Shown: positions 18,743 to 28,340 of the stretch, piece by piece | Layout: every line of letters begins with the position of its first letter | How positions within the stretch are numbered: position 1 is the stretch's first letter | NCBI GenBank assembly: GCA_963751345.1 | Contig: CAVVUS010000014.1 | Location: forward strand, 212,601-276,600 | Direction of reading: 5' to 3' | DNA from: an uncultured Chloroflexia bacterium | GTDB lineage: Bacteria; Chloroflexota; Anaerolineae; B4-G1; SLSP01 | Length of the DNA stretch: 64,000 bases | Notes under the pieces: generated by a model | What the model was told of the DNA's origin: nothing | Database searches by the model: none | What the model saw: only the letters and a program-made list of their open reading frames with translations | Made by a program: the position numbers and the translations under genes

Positions 18743-20590
18743 CTAAACCTCTGTCCCCCGGCTTCTATGCTCCTTCACCTTCGCGGCCTGATCCAGGATC
18801 TCTTGGGCGCCCCGCACAGCCGCCGCGCCGTTGGTTCCCAGCATTTGCGATAGTTCCACGATCCGCTCATCGGGGCCAAGTAGGGTGACGTGGGTAACGG
18901 TTCGGTTGCCCACGATCTCTTTGGCCACCTTGAAGTGGGCGTCGCCAAAGCCCGCCAACTGAGGAAGGTGGGTGATGCAGAGCACTTGGTGGCCGATGGC
19001 ATCGTCGCGATCCGTAGCGGTCAGGCGCCACAACTTCCTGCCCACAACCGTCCCGATGCGCCCGCCGATGCCCTGGTCGATCTCGTCAAAGATCAGGGTC
19101 GGCGTGCGATCGGCTCGGGCCAGGACTGTCTTGAGCGCCAACATCAGTCGCGACGTCTCACCGCCAGAGGCGGTGCGCACGAGGGGCTTGAGGCCCTCGC
19201 CCACGTTGGGTGCGACGAGAAATTCCACCCGGTCGATTCCGGTCGCATCAAACGCCGCCCTCCGCACGACGGCTTCCTCCAGGACTTCGGTACCATCGCT
19301 CGATACCGCAATGACGTGGGAAACGGGAGAGGACAGCAGGACACCATCCTCGGCTTCGTCCCAGCGGAAGGCGACGCCAAAGCGGGCGCCCGCCATTCGC
19401 AGATCGTCGAGTTCGACCTCGATGGCCGCCGCAAGTTGTGAGGAGGCCTCCCTGCGCCGCAGGGAAAGCTCCTCCGCCAACTCGCCACACGTTGTCAGGA
19501 GCGCACTCTCTTGCTGCTGTAGCTCCCCAATCCGTTCATCACTATGTTCGAGCGTTTCGAGCTCCGCCGCCGCGCTCTCGGCATAGGCCAGGATATCCTC
19601 GATATCGCCGCCGTATTTGCGCTCCAGATGTCGCAACAGACTGAGACGTTCCTCAACCCAGGTCTGCCGCTTCGGGTTGAACTCGATCTCGGCAGCGTAA
19701 TCCCGAAGGGTCCGGGCGATGTCCTCGATCTGATAGCCGATCTCATCCAGGGTCTGCATCTGAGGGCCAAGACTGGGGTCAACCCGCACAAGGGATGCCA
19801 TATCCTTTTGGCAGCGGCCCAGCAAGTCCAGGATCGCCCCCGCCCGGAGAGCACCCGATCGCTCACTACCTTCCTCCAGACGCTCCACGATGCCGGTAGC
19901 CAGGGTGACGAGCTGTTCTGCATTGGTTAGGCGCAGCAGCTCGGCCTCTAGGGTTTCCTTTTCACCGGACTTCAGTTGCGCGCTGCGAATATCCTCGACC
20001 TGAAAGCGCAGAAGATCGATCCGCTGCATCCGCTCGCGTTCGTTGCTGAGGAGCTGGTTGAGCTCGCGGCGAATCCCACGGATCTCGCGAACGGCGCCGG
20101 CCATGCGCTCGGCCAGCGGCTCAAGCCCCGCAAAGCGATCCAGGAGGCTCAAGTGCTCCCTGACCCTGAGCAGGCTGAGGTGCTCGCTCTGGCCGTGGAC
20201 ATCCACAAGCTTCTCGGCGATCTCTCGCAGCAGAGAGACGGACACCGCCCGACCATTGACACGGGCTATCGTGCGGCCGGAGCTGCGCAGTTCGCGCGCC
20301 AACCACAACGTGTCCGGGGCATCGCCTTCCAGTCCCTCGCGCTCCAGAATGGGGGCGAGGGCAGTCTGCATGTCCGGAGAGAGCAGGAACATTCCCTCGA
20401 CGCGTCCGCTCTCTGCGCCCTGGCGGAGGGCGCTGGTATCGGCACGTTCGCCAAGGATGAGGGTTACCGCATCAATCAGGATCGACTTGCCCGCTCCTGT
20501 CTCGCCGGTGAGGATATTGAAGCGCGGCTCCAATGTGAGATGGAGCTCATCGATGATCGCGAAGTCCTCGATGTGCAGTTCGCGTAACAC
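18743..20590 (-). CDS. recN: DNA repair protein RecN
   Basis: 615 aa. The N-terminus is LRELHIEDFAIIDELHLTLEPRFNILTGETGAGKSILIDA, followed by a long coiled-coil middle and a C-terminal SGGETSRLMLALK signature. Confidence 0.95.
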   Translation of the reverse strand: MLRELHIEDFAIIDELHLTLEPRFNILTGETGAGKSILIDAVTLILGERADTSALRQGAESGRVEGMFLLSPDMQTALAPILEREGLEGDAPDTLWLARELRSSGRTIARVNGRAVSVSLLREIAEKLVDVHGQSEHLSLLRVREHLSLLDRFAGLEPLAERMAGAVREIRGIRRELNQLLSNERERMQRIDLLRFQVEDIRSAQLKSGEKETLEAELLRLTNAEQLVTLATGIVERLEEGSERSGALRAGAILDLLGRCQKDMASLVRVDPSLGPQMQTLDEIGYQIEDIARTLRDYAAEIEFNPKRQTWVEERLSLLRHLERKYGGDIEDILAYAESAAAELETLEHSDERIGELQQQESALLTTCGELAEELSLRRREASSQLAAAIEVELDDLRMAGARFGVAFRWDEAEDGVLLSSPVSHVIAVSSDGTEVLEEAVVRRAAFDATGIDRVEFLVAPNVGEGLKPLVRTASGGETSRLMLALKTVLARADRTPTLIFDEIDQGIGGRIGTVVGRKLWRLTATDRDDAIGHQVLCITHLPQLAGFGDAHFKVAKEIVGNRTVTHVTLLGPDERIVELSQMLGTNGAAAVRGAQEILDQAAKVKEHRSRGTEV

Positions 20591-20775
20591 GGTGGACGTT
20601 AGCTCCTGGTGCCGTTGCCTGAATGTCTTTCAATGAAGAACATACCTTTTTCGAGAATAGCGCAATCGGTGAGGAAGGCAAGACGCACGGCTGGGGTTAA
20701 GCCAATAACAGCCCACAAGCGTATGCATGCGGTTAGAAACAGTGATCTGGTAGCTTTTGAGAGAGAGCCTGTGCT

Positions 20776-22122
20776 ATGATTCGTACGGCGGAAAGCGAAA
20801 CAGTGCCCACAATACCAACAACCATCCATACGGTGACTCCTGTGGCGAACTCACGACTCAGTGGCTTCTACCAGCGCTCCATCGAAGAACGCATCAAAGT
20901 CATTCGGGACCAGGTCTCCTTGTCGGACGATGAGGTCCGGGTTCTGAGCGCGGGTATGGGGCTGCAGGCCGATCAGGCCGATCATATGGTCGAGAACGCC
21001 CTCGGTCTGTATGCCTTGCCGCTGGGCATTGCCACGAACTTCGTCGTAAACCACAAAGACGTGCTGGTGCCTATGGTGATCGAAGAGCCCTCGGTGATCG
21101 CCGGCGCATCTCTGGCTGCCAAGCTGGCACGCGCGGGGGGCGGGTTCCACGCCGAAGCGGACGATCCTGTGATGATCGGCCAGATCCAGCTCGTCGACGT
21201 CGCCGACCTCCAGGCTGGGCGCGAAGCGATCCAAACGCACAAGTCCGAGTTGATGGCACTCGCCGATGAGGTCGATCCGGTGCTCGTCGGGCTTGGCGGG
21301 GGCGCTAGGGACATCCACGTACGTGCCCTGGACACGCCGAAGGGTCCGATGTTAATTGTGCACTTGCTCTTCGACGTCCGGGATGCGATGGGGGCCAATG
21401 CGGTGAACACGGCGTGCGAGCAGCTTGCGCCAAAGCTTGGCGCGCTCACCGGCGGCAGGCCCTATTTGCGCATCCTGAGTAATCTGGCAGATCAACGGCT
21501 GGCGCGGGCTACGGTAACGATACCTGAGGCTGCGTTGGCGTTCAGAGATTTCGAGGGAAGTGAGGTGGCCGAGGGCATCGAGTTGGCCTGGGCCTTCGCT
21601 GCCGCTGATCCCCATCGCGCCACAACACACAACAAGGGCATCATGAACGGAGTCGATGCCGTAGTATTGGCCACCGGCAACGATTGGCGCGCTGTTGAGG
21701 CAGGCGCGCACGCCTATGCCGCCCGGAATGGAACGTATACCAGCCTGAGCACGTGGCGCCGCGACGGCAAAGGGAATCTCGTCGGAACTCTTGAAATGCC
21801 GCTGGCCCTTGGTACCATCGGGGGCGCGACGCGGGTCCACCCCACGGCCCAGGTGGTGCTGAAGGTCCTTGGTGTCGAGAACGCGAGAGAGCTTGCAGAG
21901 ATTGTCGTGAGCGTGGGGCTGGCTCAGAATCTGGCCGCCATCCGGGCCCTGGCTACGGAGGGCATCCAGAAGGGCCATATGAGTCTGCACGCTCGCCAGG
22001 TGGCGATGGCGGCAGGCGCCCAGGGACCAGAGATCGATCAGGTCGCCCAAGCTATGATTGCTGATCATACGATTCGTATTGACTACGCCAAGACGCTGCT
22101 TGATGGACAGCGCAAATGTTGA
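20776..22122 (+). CDS. mvaA: hydroxymethylglutaryl-CoA reductase, class II
   Basis: 448 aa. It is collinear with the Pseudomonas mevalonii HMGR as I remember it (VLVPMVIEEPSVIAGAS, DVRDAMGANAVNT, ATHNKGIMNG, GNDWRAVEAGAHAYA, LATEGIQKGHMSLHAR). Confidence 0.92.
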   Translation: MIRTAESETVPTIPTTIHTVTPVANSRLSGFYQRSIEERIKVIRDQVSLSDDEVRVLSAGMGLQADQADHMVENALGLYALPLGIATNFVVNHKDVLVPMVIEEPSVIAGASLAAKLARAGGGFHAEADDPVMIGQIQLVDVADLQAGREAIQTHKSELMALADEVDPVLVGLGGGARDIHVRALDTPKGPMLIVHLLFDVRDAMGANAVNTACEQLAPKLGALTGGRPYLRILSNLADQRLARATVTIPEAALAFRDFEGSEVAEGIELAWAFAAADPHRATTHNKGIMNGVDAVVLATGNDWRAVEAGAHAYAARNGTYTSLSTWRRDGKGNLVGTLEMPLALGTIGGATRVHPTAQVVLKVLGVENARELAEIVVSVGLAQNLAAIRALATEGIQKGHMSLHARQVAMAAGAQGPEIDQVAQAMIADHTIRIDYAKTLLDGQRKC

Positions 22123-22134
22123 GAGGAGTGGTGT

Positions 22135-23196
22135 GTGAGTAGTGTGCGTTTGATGAACCCGCAGCGGGCCGTAGGGATTGCCGGTTATGGCTCATACATC
22201 CCTATGTATCGGCTGCCCGGTACGGAAATCGCGAGGGTGTGGTCCGGTTCAGGACGCGGTCCCATTCGCGAAAAGGCCGTTGCCGGTCTCGATGAGGACA
22301 CGGTGACCATCTCGCTGGAGGCCGCACGCAATGCCATCGCGCGGTCCGAGGTTCCGCCCGAAGCGCTGCGAGCTATCTGGATTGGCAGCGAATCTCCACC
22401 TTACGCCGTGAAGCCCTCGTCCACAATAGTGGCCGAGGCCCTCGGTGCGACACCGTACCTGCTGGCGGCCGATTTCGAGTTTGCGTGCAAAGCGGGCACA
22501 GAGGCCCTACAAGCCGCGCTCGGGCTGGTGGGCTCCGGGATGGGAGAGTTTGCCCTGGCCATCGGCGCCGACACCGCGCAGGGGCGTCCCGGCGACGAAC
22601 TCGAATATACTGCGGCCAGCGGCGGCAGTGCCTTCGTGGTAGGGCCGGCGGATAGCGCGGTGGCGACCTTTCTTGGATCGCTCTCCTACGCCACCGACAC
22701 ACCTGATTTCTGGCGCCGCGCCTACCAGCACTACCCCAGCCACGGCGGACGATTCACCGGCGAGCCCGCCTACTTCCATCATACGGAGTCCGCTGCGGCT
22801 GCCTTGATGGAGGAGCTGGGTATGTCGGCGAGTGATTTCGACTACGCGGTCTTCCACCAGCCAAACGTCAAGTTTCCCACGCGCGCTGCCAAGCGATTGG
22901 GATTCACACCGGAGCAGATCGAGCCGGGTCTCCTGAGCAACGTGATCGGCAACACCTATGCAGGCGCATCCCTGACAGGCTTCTCGGCGGTGCTGGACAT
23001 TGCCCAGCCGGGCGCGCGGATCCTCCTGGTCAGCTTCGGCTCCGGCGCAGGCTCGGACGCCTTTGCCTGGGAGGTCACGGAGCGCATCGAATCGCGCCGG
23101 GACAAGGCCCCGACCGTGTCTGACTATATTCGCCGGCGTGTGGAGATCGACTACGCACTTTACGCCCGCTTCCGCGGGAAACTGCGGGACGCCTAG
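22135..23196 (+). CDS. hydroxymethylglutaryl-CoA synthase, archaeal-like short form
   Basis: 353 aa. The thiolase-fold condensing enzyme reads [14 protein letters not shown]...[11 protein letters not shown]...[11 protein letters not shown]...GNTYAGAS. The track uses a GTG start; the ATG at 22153 is an alternative. Confidence 0.85.
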   Translation: MSSVRLMNPQRAVGIAGYGSYIPMYRLPGTEIARVWSGSGRGPIREKAVAGLDEDTVTISLEAARNAIARSEVPPEALRAIWIGSESPPYAVKPSSTIVAEALGATPYLLAADFEFACKAGTEALQAALGLVGSGMGEFALAIGADTAQGRPGDELEYTAASGGSAFVVGPADSAVATFLGSLSYATDTPDFWRRAYQHYPSHGGRFTGEPAYFHHTESAAAALMEELGMSASDFDYAVFHQPNVKFPTRAAKRLGFTPEQIEPGLLSNVIGNTYAGASLTGFSAVLDIAQPGARILLVSFGSGAGSDAFAWEVTERIESRRDKAPTVSDYIRRRVEIDYALYARFRGKLRDA

Positions 23197-23252
23197 GACT
23201 ATCTCCCCCGTGGGAGGGAGTTGGAACCAGTAAGAAGGGACAGAGAACTCGA

Positions 23253-24482
23253 ATGCGGGATGTAGCTATTATCGGTATCGGTCAGACCCGAGTGGATGAG
23301 CATTGGAGCGTCGGTATCCGGCACCTGATGCTGGAGGCGGGGCTCAGTGCCCTGCGAGACGCCAACCTCGAGACGGTCGACGCCGTCTACGTGGGCAATA
23401 TGCTCTCAGGTGAGATCTCGGGTCAATCACATTTAGGCGCCCTGGCAGTGGACTTTATGGGCCTGCACGGCGCCGAGGCCTTCAAGGTGGAGGCTGCGTG
23501 CGCCTCGGGCGCAGCGGCTTTGAGAGTGGGCTATATGGCGGTCGCCAGCGGGCTCGTCGACCTCGTCCTGGCCTTGGGCGTCGAGAAGATGACGGACACC
23601 TCAGGGCGTGAGACGACGGCGGCATTGGCCGGGGCAGCGGACGCCGAGTATGAGGTCAGCCAGGGCATCTCGTTTGTGGCGCTCAATGCGCTGTTGATGC
23701 AGCGCTATATGTACGAGTTCGGCTGGAAACGGGAGGACTTCGCCAACTTCTCCGTCAACGCCCACGCTAACGGCGCCAATAATCCTAACGCGATGTTCCA
23801 ATCGAAGATCACGGCTGAGGCTTACGCACGCGCGCCGATGATCGCGACGCCGGTGGGGCTCTTCGATGCCTCGCCGGTGTGTGACGGCTCGGCCGCAGTG
23901 GTGTTGGCCCCCGCGGAATATGCGCGGACCTTGAGCCCGGCGCCGGTGAAACTTCGAGCCTCGGCCGTGGGAATGGCACCGTTGGCAGTTCACGACCGGA
24001 AAGACCCCCTGACCCTTGAGGCTGCGGTGACCTCGTCACAAAAAGCCTTCAAGCAGGCAGGAATCACGCGGAAGGATCTCGACTTCTTCGAGCTACACGA
24101 CGCCTTCACAATTATGGCGGCGTTGAGCCTGGAGGCGGCGGGCTTCGCCGAGCGAGGCAAGGGGGTGCAGCTTGCGATGGACAATGAGATCTCACTCCAG
24201 GGCCGAGTGCCCATCGCCACGATGGGGGGGCTGAAAGCGCGAGGCCATCCCGTCGGCGCGACGGGCCTCTATCAGATCGTGGAGACCGTTCTGCAACTAC
24301 GAGGACTGGCAGGACCCAACCAAATACCGAACGCGCATCTCGCCATGACGCAGAATATCGGCGGAAGTGGCGCGACGATCATCACACACATCCTGGAGAC
24401 GGATGGAGTAACAGAGCGTTGGCGCGTTTTAACGTTCAAACGTTTGAACGTGAAAACGTGTCAACGCAATAGCGTCTTATAG
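23253..24482 (+). CDS. thiolase (acetyl-CoA acetyltransferase, archaeal-like), with its 3' end running into a repeat array
   Basis: 409 aa. VAIIGIGQT...VEAACASGAAALR...FELHDAFTI...GHPVGATG...NIGGSGAT. The last 20 or so codons (ERWRVLTFKRLNVKTCQRNSVL) are encoded by the 8-bp-periodic repeat. Confidence 0.85.
   Translation: MRDVAIIGIGQTRVDEHWSVGIRHLMLEAGLSALRDANLETVDAVYVGNMLSGEISGQSHLGALAVDFMGLHGAEAFKVEAACASGAAALRVGYMAVASGLVDLVLALGVEKMTDTSGRETTAALAGAADAEYEVSQGISFVALNALLMQRYMYEFGWKREDFANFSVNAHANGANNPNAMFQSKITAEAYARAPMIATPVGLFDASPVCDGSAAVVLAPAEYARTLSPAPVKLRASAVGMAPLAVHDRKDPLTLEAAVTSSQKAFKQAGITRKDLDFFELHDAFTIMAALSLEAAGFAERGKGVQLAMDNEISLQGRVPIATMGGLKARGHPVGATGLYQIVETVLQLRGLAGPNQIPNAHLAMTQNIGGSGATIITHILETDGVTERWRVLTFKRLNVKTCQRNSVL
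24416..24479. repeat. 8-bp-periodic CGT/AACGT array (8 registers)
   Basis: CGT (once CGC) occurs at 24417, 24425, 24433, 24441, 24449, 24457, 24465 and 24473. The core AACGTTCAAACGTTTGAACGT is a near-perfect 21-bp palindrome. Confidence 0.8.
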
Positions 24483-24500
24483 CGAAAGGGAGCCAACATT

Positions 24501-24902
24501 ATGGAGTCCAAAGTAGCAAACGATTGGCGGTTGCGGGGACAGCGCTATCGGCTGGAGGGTGAAGTATGCGACCACTGCGGGGCGGCCATCTTCCCCCCGC
24601 GCGACATCTGCCCGGAGTGCAACGAGCCGGCCAAGACCCCGGCCCCGTTGAGTGGTCGTGGCGAGGTGTACTCCTTTAGCACCGTCTACAGCGCGCCCGA
24701 GGGCTTTGAGCCCTACACACCCTATACCGTGGCGCTTGTGAAGCTGGAAGAGGGCCCCGTCGTCACGGCGCAGCTCACCGACGTCGCCCCGAACGACGTC
24801 CGGATCGGGATGTCCGTCGAGATGGTCACCCGCCGCCTGCGCACGAACGGCGACGAGGGCACGATTGTGTATGGCTATAAGTTCCGACCTTCTGGATTTT
24901 AA
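24501..24902 (+). CDS. DUF35 Zn-ribbon/OB-fold protein (scaffold partner of archaeal thiolase/HMG-CoA synthase)
   Basis: 133 aa. The Zn ribbon is CDHCGAAIFPPRDICPECN and the OB-fold part is GEVYSFSTVY...VALVKLEEGPVVTAQL. Confidence 0.85.
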   Translation: MESKVANDWRLRGQRYRLEGEVCDHCGAAIFPPRDICPECNEPAKTPAPLSGRGEVYSFSTVYSAPEGFEPYTPYTVALVKLEEGPVVTAQLTDVAPNDVRIGMSVEMVTRRLRTNGDEGTIVYGYKFRPSGF

Positions 24903-24954
24903 CATTCGCTGGAACTTCACAGCCCACGTATCATCGCCTCTTCGCAGTATCTGA

Positions 24955-24982
24955 GTTGCCGCCGGTGAGGCCCGGCGGCAAC
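24955..24982. terminator. GC-rich hairpin between convergent genes (no clear U-tract)
   Basis: GTTGCCGCCGG-tgaggc-CCGGCGGCAAC. The stem is 11 bp and perfect. Confidence 0.45.
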
Positions 24983-25002
24983 CCAAGATCGTCACCTACA
25001 GC

Positions 25003-26778
25003 TCAGCCGTGGTAGGTAACGGTGCCGTCCGGCTCACGGGTGAAGTGGCACAGGAACGTGTCCCACGTCAACTGCGCCATCTCCGCGGTGTAGGTGTGCG
25101 GGCAATTGCGCATGATCGTGAACTGCACCATAGGCGCGTGGTTCCCGTCGTACATCACGAGCGTGTGATAGTTGCCGTTGTCATACCAGTTGTCCGGCTG
25201 CATCGCCATAGCGTTGGCCTTGCAATAGGCGGCGAGCGTCTCCCACGCCACCGAGCCCTCGCTGAGATCGCCTGAAAACAGATCGTATTCCCCGATCATG
25301 AACCAGGTGGGACGCTGGATTTCGTTTGGGAGGGGTTCGACCTTGCCGGGCCCCATAGCGCCGAGAGAACCCGTCGGGCTGAACGCCGCGAAGCGTTCCG
25401 GCATCGTGCGGCTGAGATCCTGAACCATCATGCCGCCATTGGAGTGACCGACGGCATAGATGCGCGACGCGTCGATGGCGTAGTTACCGGTCATATCGTC
25501 GAGAAGCCTCTCGAAGTACGGGATCTCGCTGATGTCGCCCTCTCTCTGTAGCGCCCCACAAGCCCATCTGGGGAGTTGCAGCCTTGCCAGCATCCCCCCC
25601 TGGGGATAGGCGGACGGGAATACCACGAAGAAGCCGCGCTCCTCGCCCAGCCTGTACCAGTCGCTGGTCTGCTCGAAGTACTCGGAGTTGCAGGAATAGC
25701 CGTGAATCGCCAGGACCAGCGGGTAGGTCTTCCCGTCGTCGGGCCGGTAACAGGACGGCACGTAGACGTCCCAGTATCGGTCAAGTCCGTCGATCACCTG
25801 GTGCACGCGCTCGACGCCCACGTCCTCGGGGCTTCGGCGAGGGCGCAGGTGATTGTTGCCGAAGCCGCCCCACCGGGCAAACCTTAGCACAAAACTCAGC
25901 ATCTCCTCGTCCAGGGTCTCGCGGCTCATCCCATCCACGCTCTTAGCGTCCGCGATCCAGACCTGCGAGATCGGCTGGTCGTTCACGAAGTATGCCCCGC
26001 GCCTCGGCTGCTCCAGGTACACCTGGGCAAAGCCGTTGGACAGGTGCTCCTCCTTCGCACGGATGATCTCCTTCATATACGCCGCGGTCGCGCCCGCCTT
26101 GCCACTTCTGTCCACGATGAAGCCCGGCAGCGCGATGTCCGTCTTTTTCAGCGTGTCGATGCCGTCCGACGGGAGCCGCCGCAGGACATCCAATAGCTCC
26201 GGGTCCACGGCGCAGTCGCCGTCGGCTGCAAAGGCCGGATACGTCGCGCTATACGTGAGGGCAAACGCTGTCGCGATGGTCGCACCCTCGCCAAAGCCTA
26301 TGGGGTAGATGAAGGCCTCGCAGATATCCACGGTCACGCGGGCCAGATACTCCAGGTCCACGATCTTCTGGGCGTAGTCGAACTCCTTGGAGATGTCCTC
26401 TTTGTCCCAGGCCTCACTCTCAAGCACGATGAGCGCCATATGGTACTTTTCTGCCAGCGCCGTCCAGTGGCCGGACCGCAGGAACGCCTCCGCCTTCACG
26501 CCGCTGTCGGGGAAGATCAGCGCCGCCGGGCCCTTGGAGGGCATGCTGTGGGCCACGTAGATCGCATAGGCGCGCTTATGCGTCCCCATATCCGCTTCCC
26601 TCAGGAAGAGTCCCGTGTTCGGTTGGGCGTAGGGATTCGCCGGATCGATCGGCACGGTCTCGTCAACGGGCGCGCGCTTCATCGGCTTCGGCGCGTACTT
26701 GGTTCCCTTTGGGATACGCGGCATCAGCATGGACCGGTTGTTCAACGGGCTGAAATGAAAGCTGGTGTATTTTCCCAT
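25003..26778 (-). CDS. two-domain alpha/beta hydrolase; C-terminal PHB-depolymerase/esterase-like domain
   Basis: The ORF runs to 26871. I prefer the ATG at 26778 (MGKYTSFHF), which has a GGAGAGG RBS 6 nt upstream. The C-terminal domain has the GHSNGG nucleophile elbow and LAIHGYS. Confidence 0.6.
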   Translation of the reverse strand: MGKYTSFHFSPLNNRSMLMPRIPKGTKYAPKPMKRAPVDETVPIDPANPYAQPNTGLFLREADMGTHKRAYAIYVAHSMPSKGPAALIFPDSGVKAEAFLRSGHWTALAEKYHMALIVLESEAWDKEDISKEFDYAQKIVDLEYLARVTVDICEAFIYPIGFGEGATIATAFALTYSATYPAFAADGDCAVDPELLDVLRRLPSDGIDTLKKTDIALPGFIVDRSGKAGATAAYMKEIIRAKEEHLSNGFAQVYLEQPRRGAYFVNDQPISQVWIADAKSVDGMSRETLDEEMLSFVLRFARWGGFGNNHLRPRRSPEDVGVERVHQVIDGLDRYWDVYVPSCYRPDDGKTYPLVLAIHGYSCNSEYFEQTSDWYRLGEERGFFVVFPSAYPQGGMLARLQLPRWACGALQREGDISEIPYFERLLDDMTGNYAIDASRIYAVGHSNGGMMVQDLSRTMPERFAAFSPTGSLGAMGPGKVEPLPNEIQRPTWFMIGEYDLFSGDLSEGSVAWETLAAYCKANAMAMQPDNWYDNGNYHTLVMYDGNHAPMVQFTIMRNCPHTYTAEMAQLTWDTFLCHFTREPDGTVTYHG

Positions 26779-27000
26779 TCTTTTCCTCTCCGGATCAACT
26801 TGAGTGTTCGATGATGCGTCCGAGCACCGGAACTTCGTCATTGGGTCGGGATGCGACCTGCCGCCCGGCACCCCTCCGGAGAATCTGCAAGCCTTCTACG
26901 AAACGGTGCGGGCGGCATAGCGGTACAAGGATCCTATCTTGGCCGGAGGCTCCGGGCCTTGGCAGACCAAACGTTCAGGGTGATGTGACCATGACGGACT

Positions 27001-28140
27001 CTACTGCGACGGCGTTTTCCCTGCCAGCAGCCTGTCCGCCCCGGACTGCGCGACCATCCGCGCCATCTCCAGCGGTCCCAGTTTCCCGCGGGTGTGGGCC
27101 AGGCGGATCATCGTGCGGGCGATATCCGGCGGGATGTTGGGTTGCTCTGCGTCAGGCTTGCGCTCTAATGTCAGTGCCCCCGTCGGACAGGTGCTGACGC
27201 ACAGGCCGCAGCCGATGCAACGTCCGAGATCCAGCGTCGCCCTGCCGGCTACGACCGCCAGGGCCTCCATCTGACAGCGACCCACGCACACCCCACAGCC
27301 GATGCACGTCTCCGGGTCGAGGTGCGCTCGAAAGGTCGTGGCGACGAGCGACGCAGGGTCGGGATAGCGCTTCAGGTTGCGGAGCACGCCGCAACAGCAG
27401 CCGCAGCACGCACAGATGAAGGCTGCCTCCCTGGAGTTGCTGGGCTGTAGCACGAGGCCCGCCTCATTGGCCAACGCGATGACGTCCAGCGCCTCTTCGT
27501 GGGTGATATAGCGTCCCATCCCGTTGCGCACGTAGAAATCGGCCCCACCGTCGAAGGAGAGGCACGTCTCCCGCGGTTTGTCACAGGGATCGCCGAGGAT
27601 CTCTTTCTCCTGACGGCAGATGCACGGCGCCACCGCGACACGGTCGTGGCTTCGAATCAGGGGCTCTGCCTGCTCGTAGGCCAGGACTTCGGGGGTCGTA
27701 GAAATGGCTTCGTTGACGGGAATAGTACGGAGTTGGGGAACCCGTTCCCACACGTCAGGCTTGAAGAGCGTGGGCCAGTAGGCCTCCACGTCGCGGATGA
27801 AACCCTCGTCCATCTTGTTCAGTTGGTATTCGTAGATGCCGACGACGAACTGGGCCGCCTGATAACGCGGCGGACGATTCTCGTGGTGGATGCTGAAAAT
27901 GAGCCCCTTCTCCGCCATTGCGGCGAGCAACGACGCCATCTCCTCCGTCGGTCGGCCGGCCCTCCGAGCGATGACACGCGCGGTCTCGGGAATCAGCGTG
28001 AGCCGACAGGCAATCTCGGCCTCCTCCGGGGTAAAGAGCCGGCGGAGAATCCGGAGTTCCAGCCCGTCTTCGGTGGCAGGGAAGCCGCCGGGCAGGTCAT
28101 CCAGGTGCTCGCGCAAAGCCTCGTAGATCGGGTCGTTCAA
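27001..28140 (-). CDS. 4Fe-4S dicluster domain protein with a Cys-rich CCGCCC motif
   Basis: 379 aa. There are two ferredoxin motifs, CIGCGVCVGRC and CIGCGLCVSTCP, plus FICACCGCCCGVL and CICRQEK upstream. Confidence 0.75.
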   Translation of the reverse strand: MNDPIYEALREHLDDLPGGFPATEDGLELRILRRLFTPEEAEIACRLTLIPETARVIARRAGRPTEEMASLLAAMAEKGLIFSIHHENRPPRYQAAQFVVGIYEYQLNKMDEGFIRDVEAYWPTLFKPDVWERVPQLRTIPVNEAISTTPEVLAYEQAEPLIRSHDRVAVAPCICRQEKEILGDPCDKPRETCLSFDGGADFYVRNGMGRYITHEEALDVIALANEAGLVLQPSNSREAAFICACCGCCCGVLRNLKRYPDPASLVATTFRAHLDPETCIGCGVCVGRCQMEALAVVAGRATLDLGRCIGCGLCVSTCPTGALTLERKPDAEQPNIPPDIARTMIRLAHTRGKLGPLEMARMVAQSGADRLLAGKTPSQ

Positions 28141-28340
28141 ATCGCTCTCCTCGTTGGGACCAACGGTATGGCCCTATGGTACCGGGTCGGCGACCGGAGG
28201 CAAGCGGCGCAGGCAGGGGCGCGGCGCAGGTTGGTAACACATCGCACCGACCGCAGTGCAGCTTTCCCACGATTTGAAGTTGTCCGGCTTTCACATTACA
28301 CTCTAGCCCTTGTTCTCATCATCTTACGTGGGGGTGTCCG

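Noticed and set aside
20591-20775. SOS (LexA) box upstream of recN, and the idea that the GAACGT-containing octamers are Cheo-box-like sites.
   Set aside because: I found no CGAAC-N4-GTTCG or CTGT-N8-ACAG palindrome, only a lone GAACAT half-site. In the octamer arrays, GAAC and GTTC are spaced by 8 nt, not 4, and one array lies inside the mevalonate operon.
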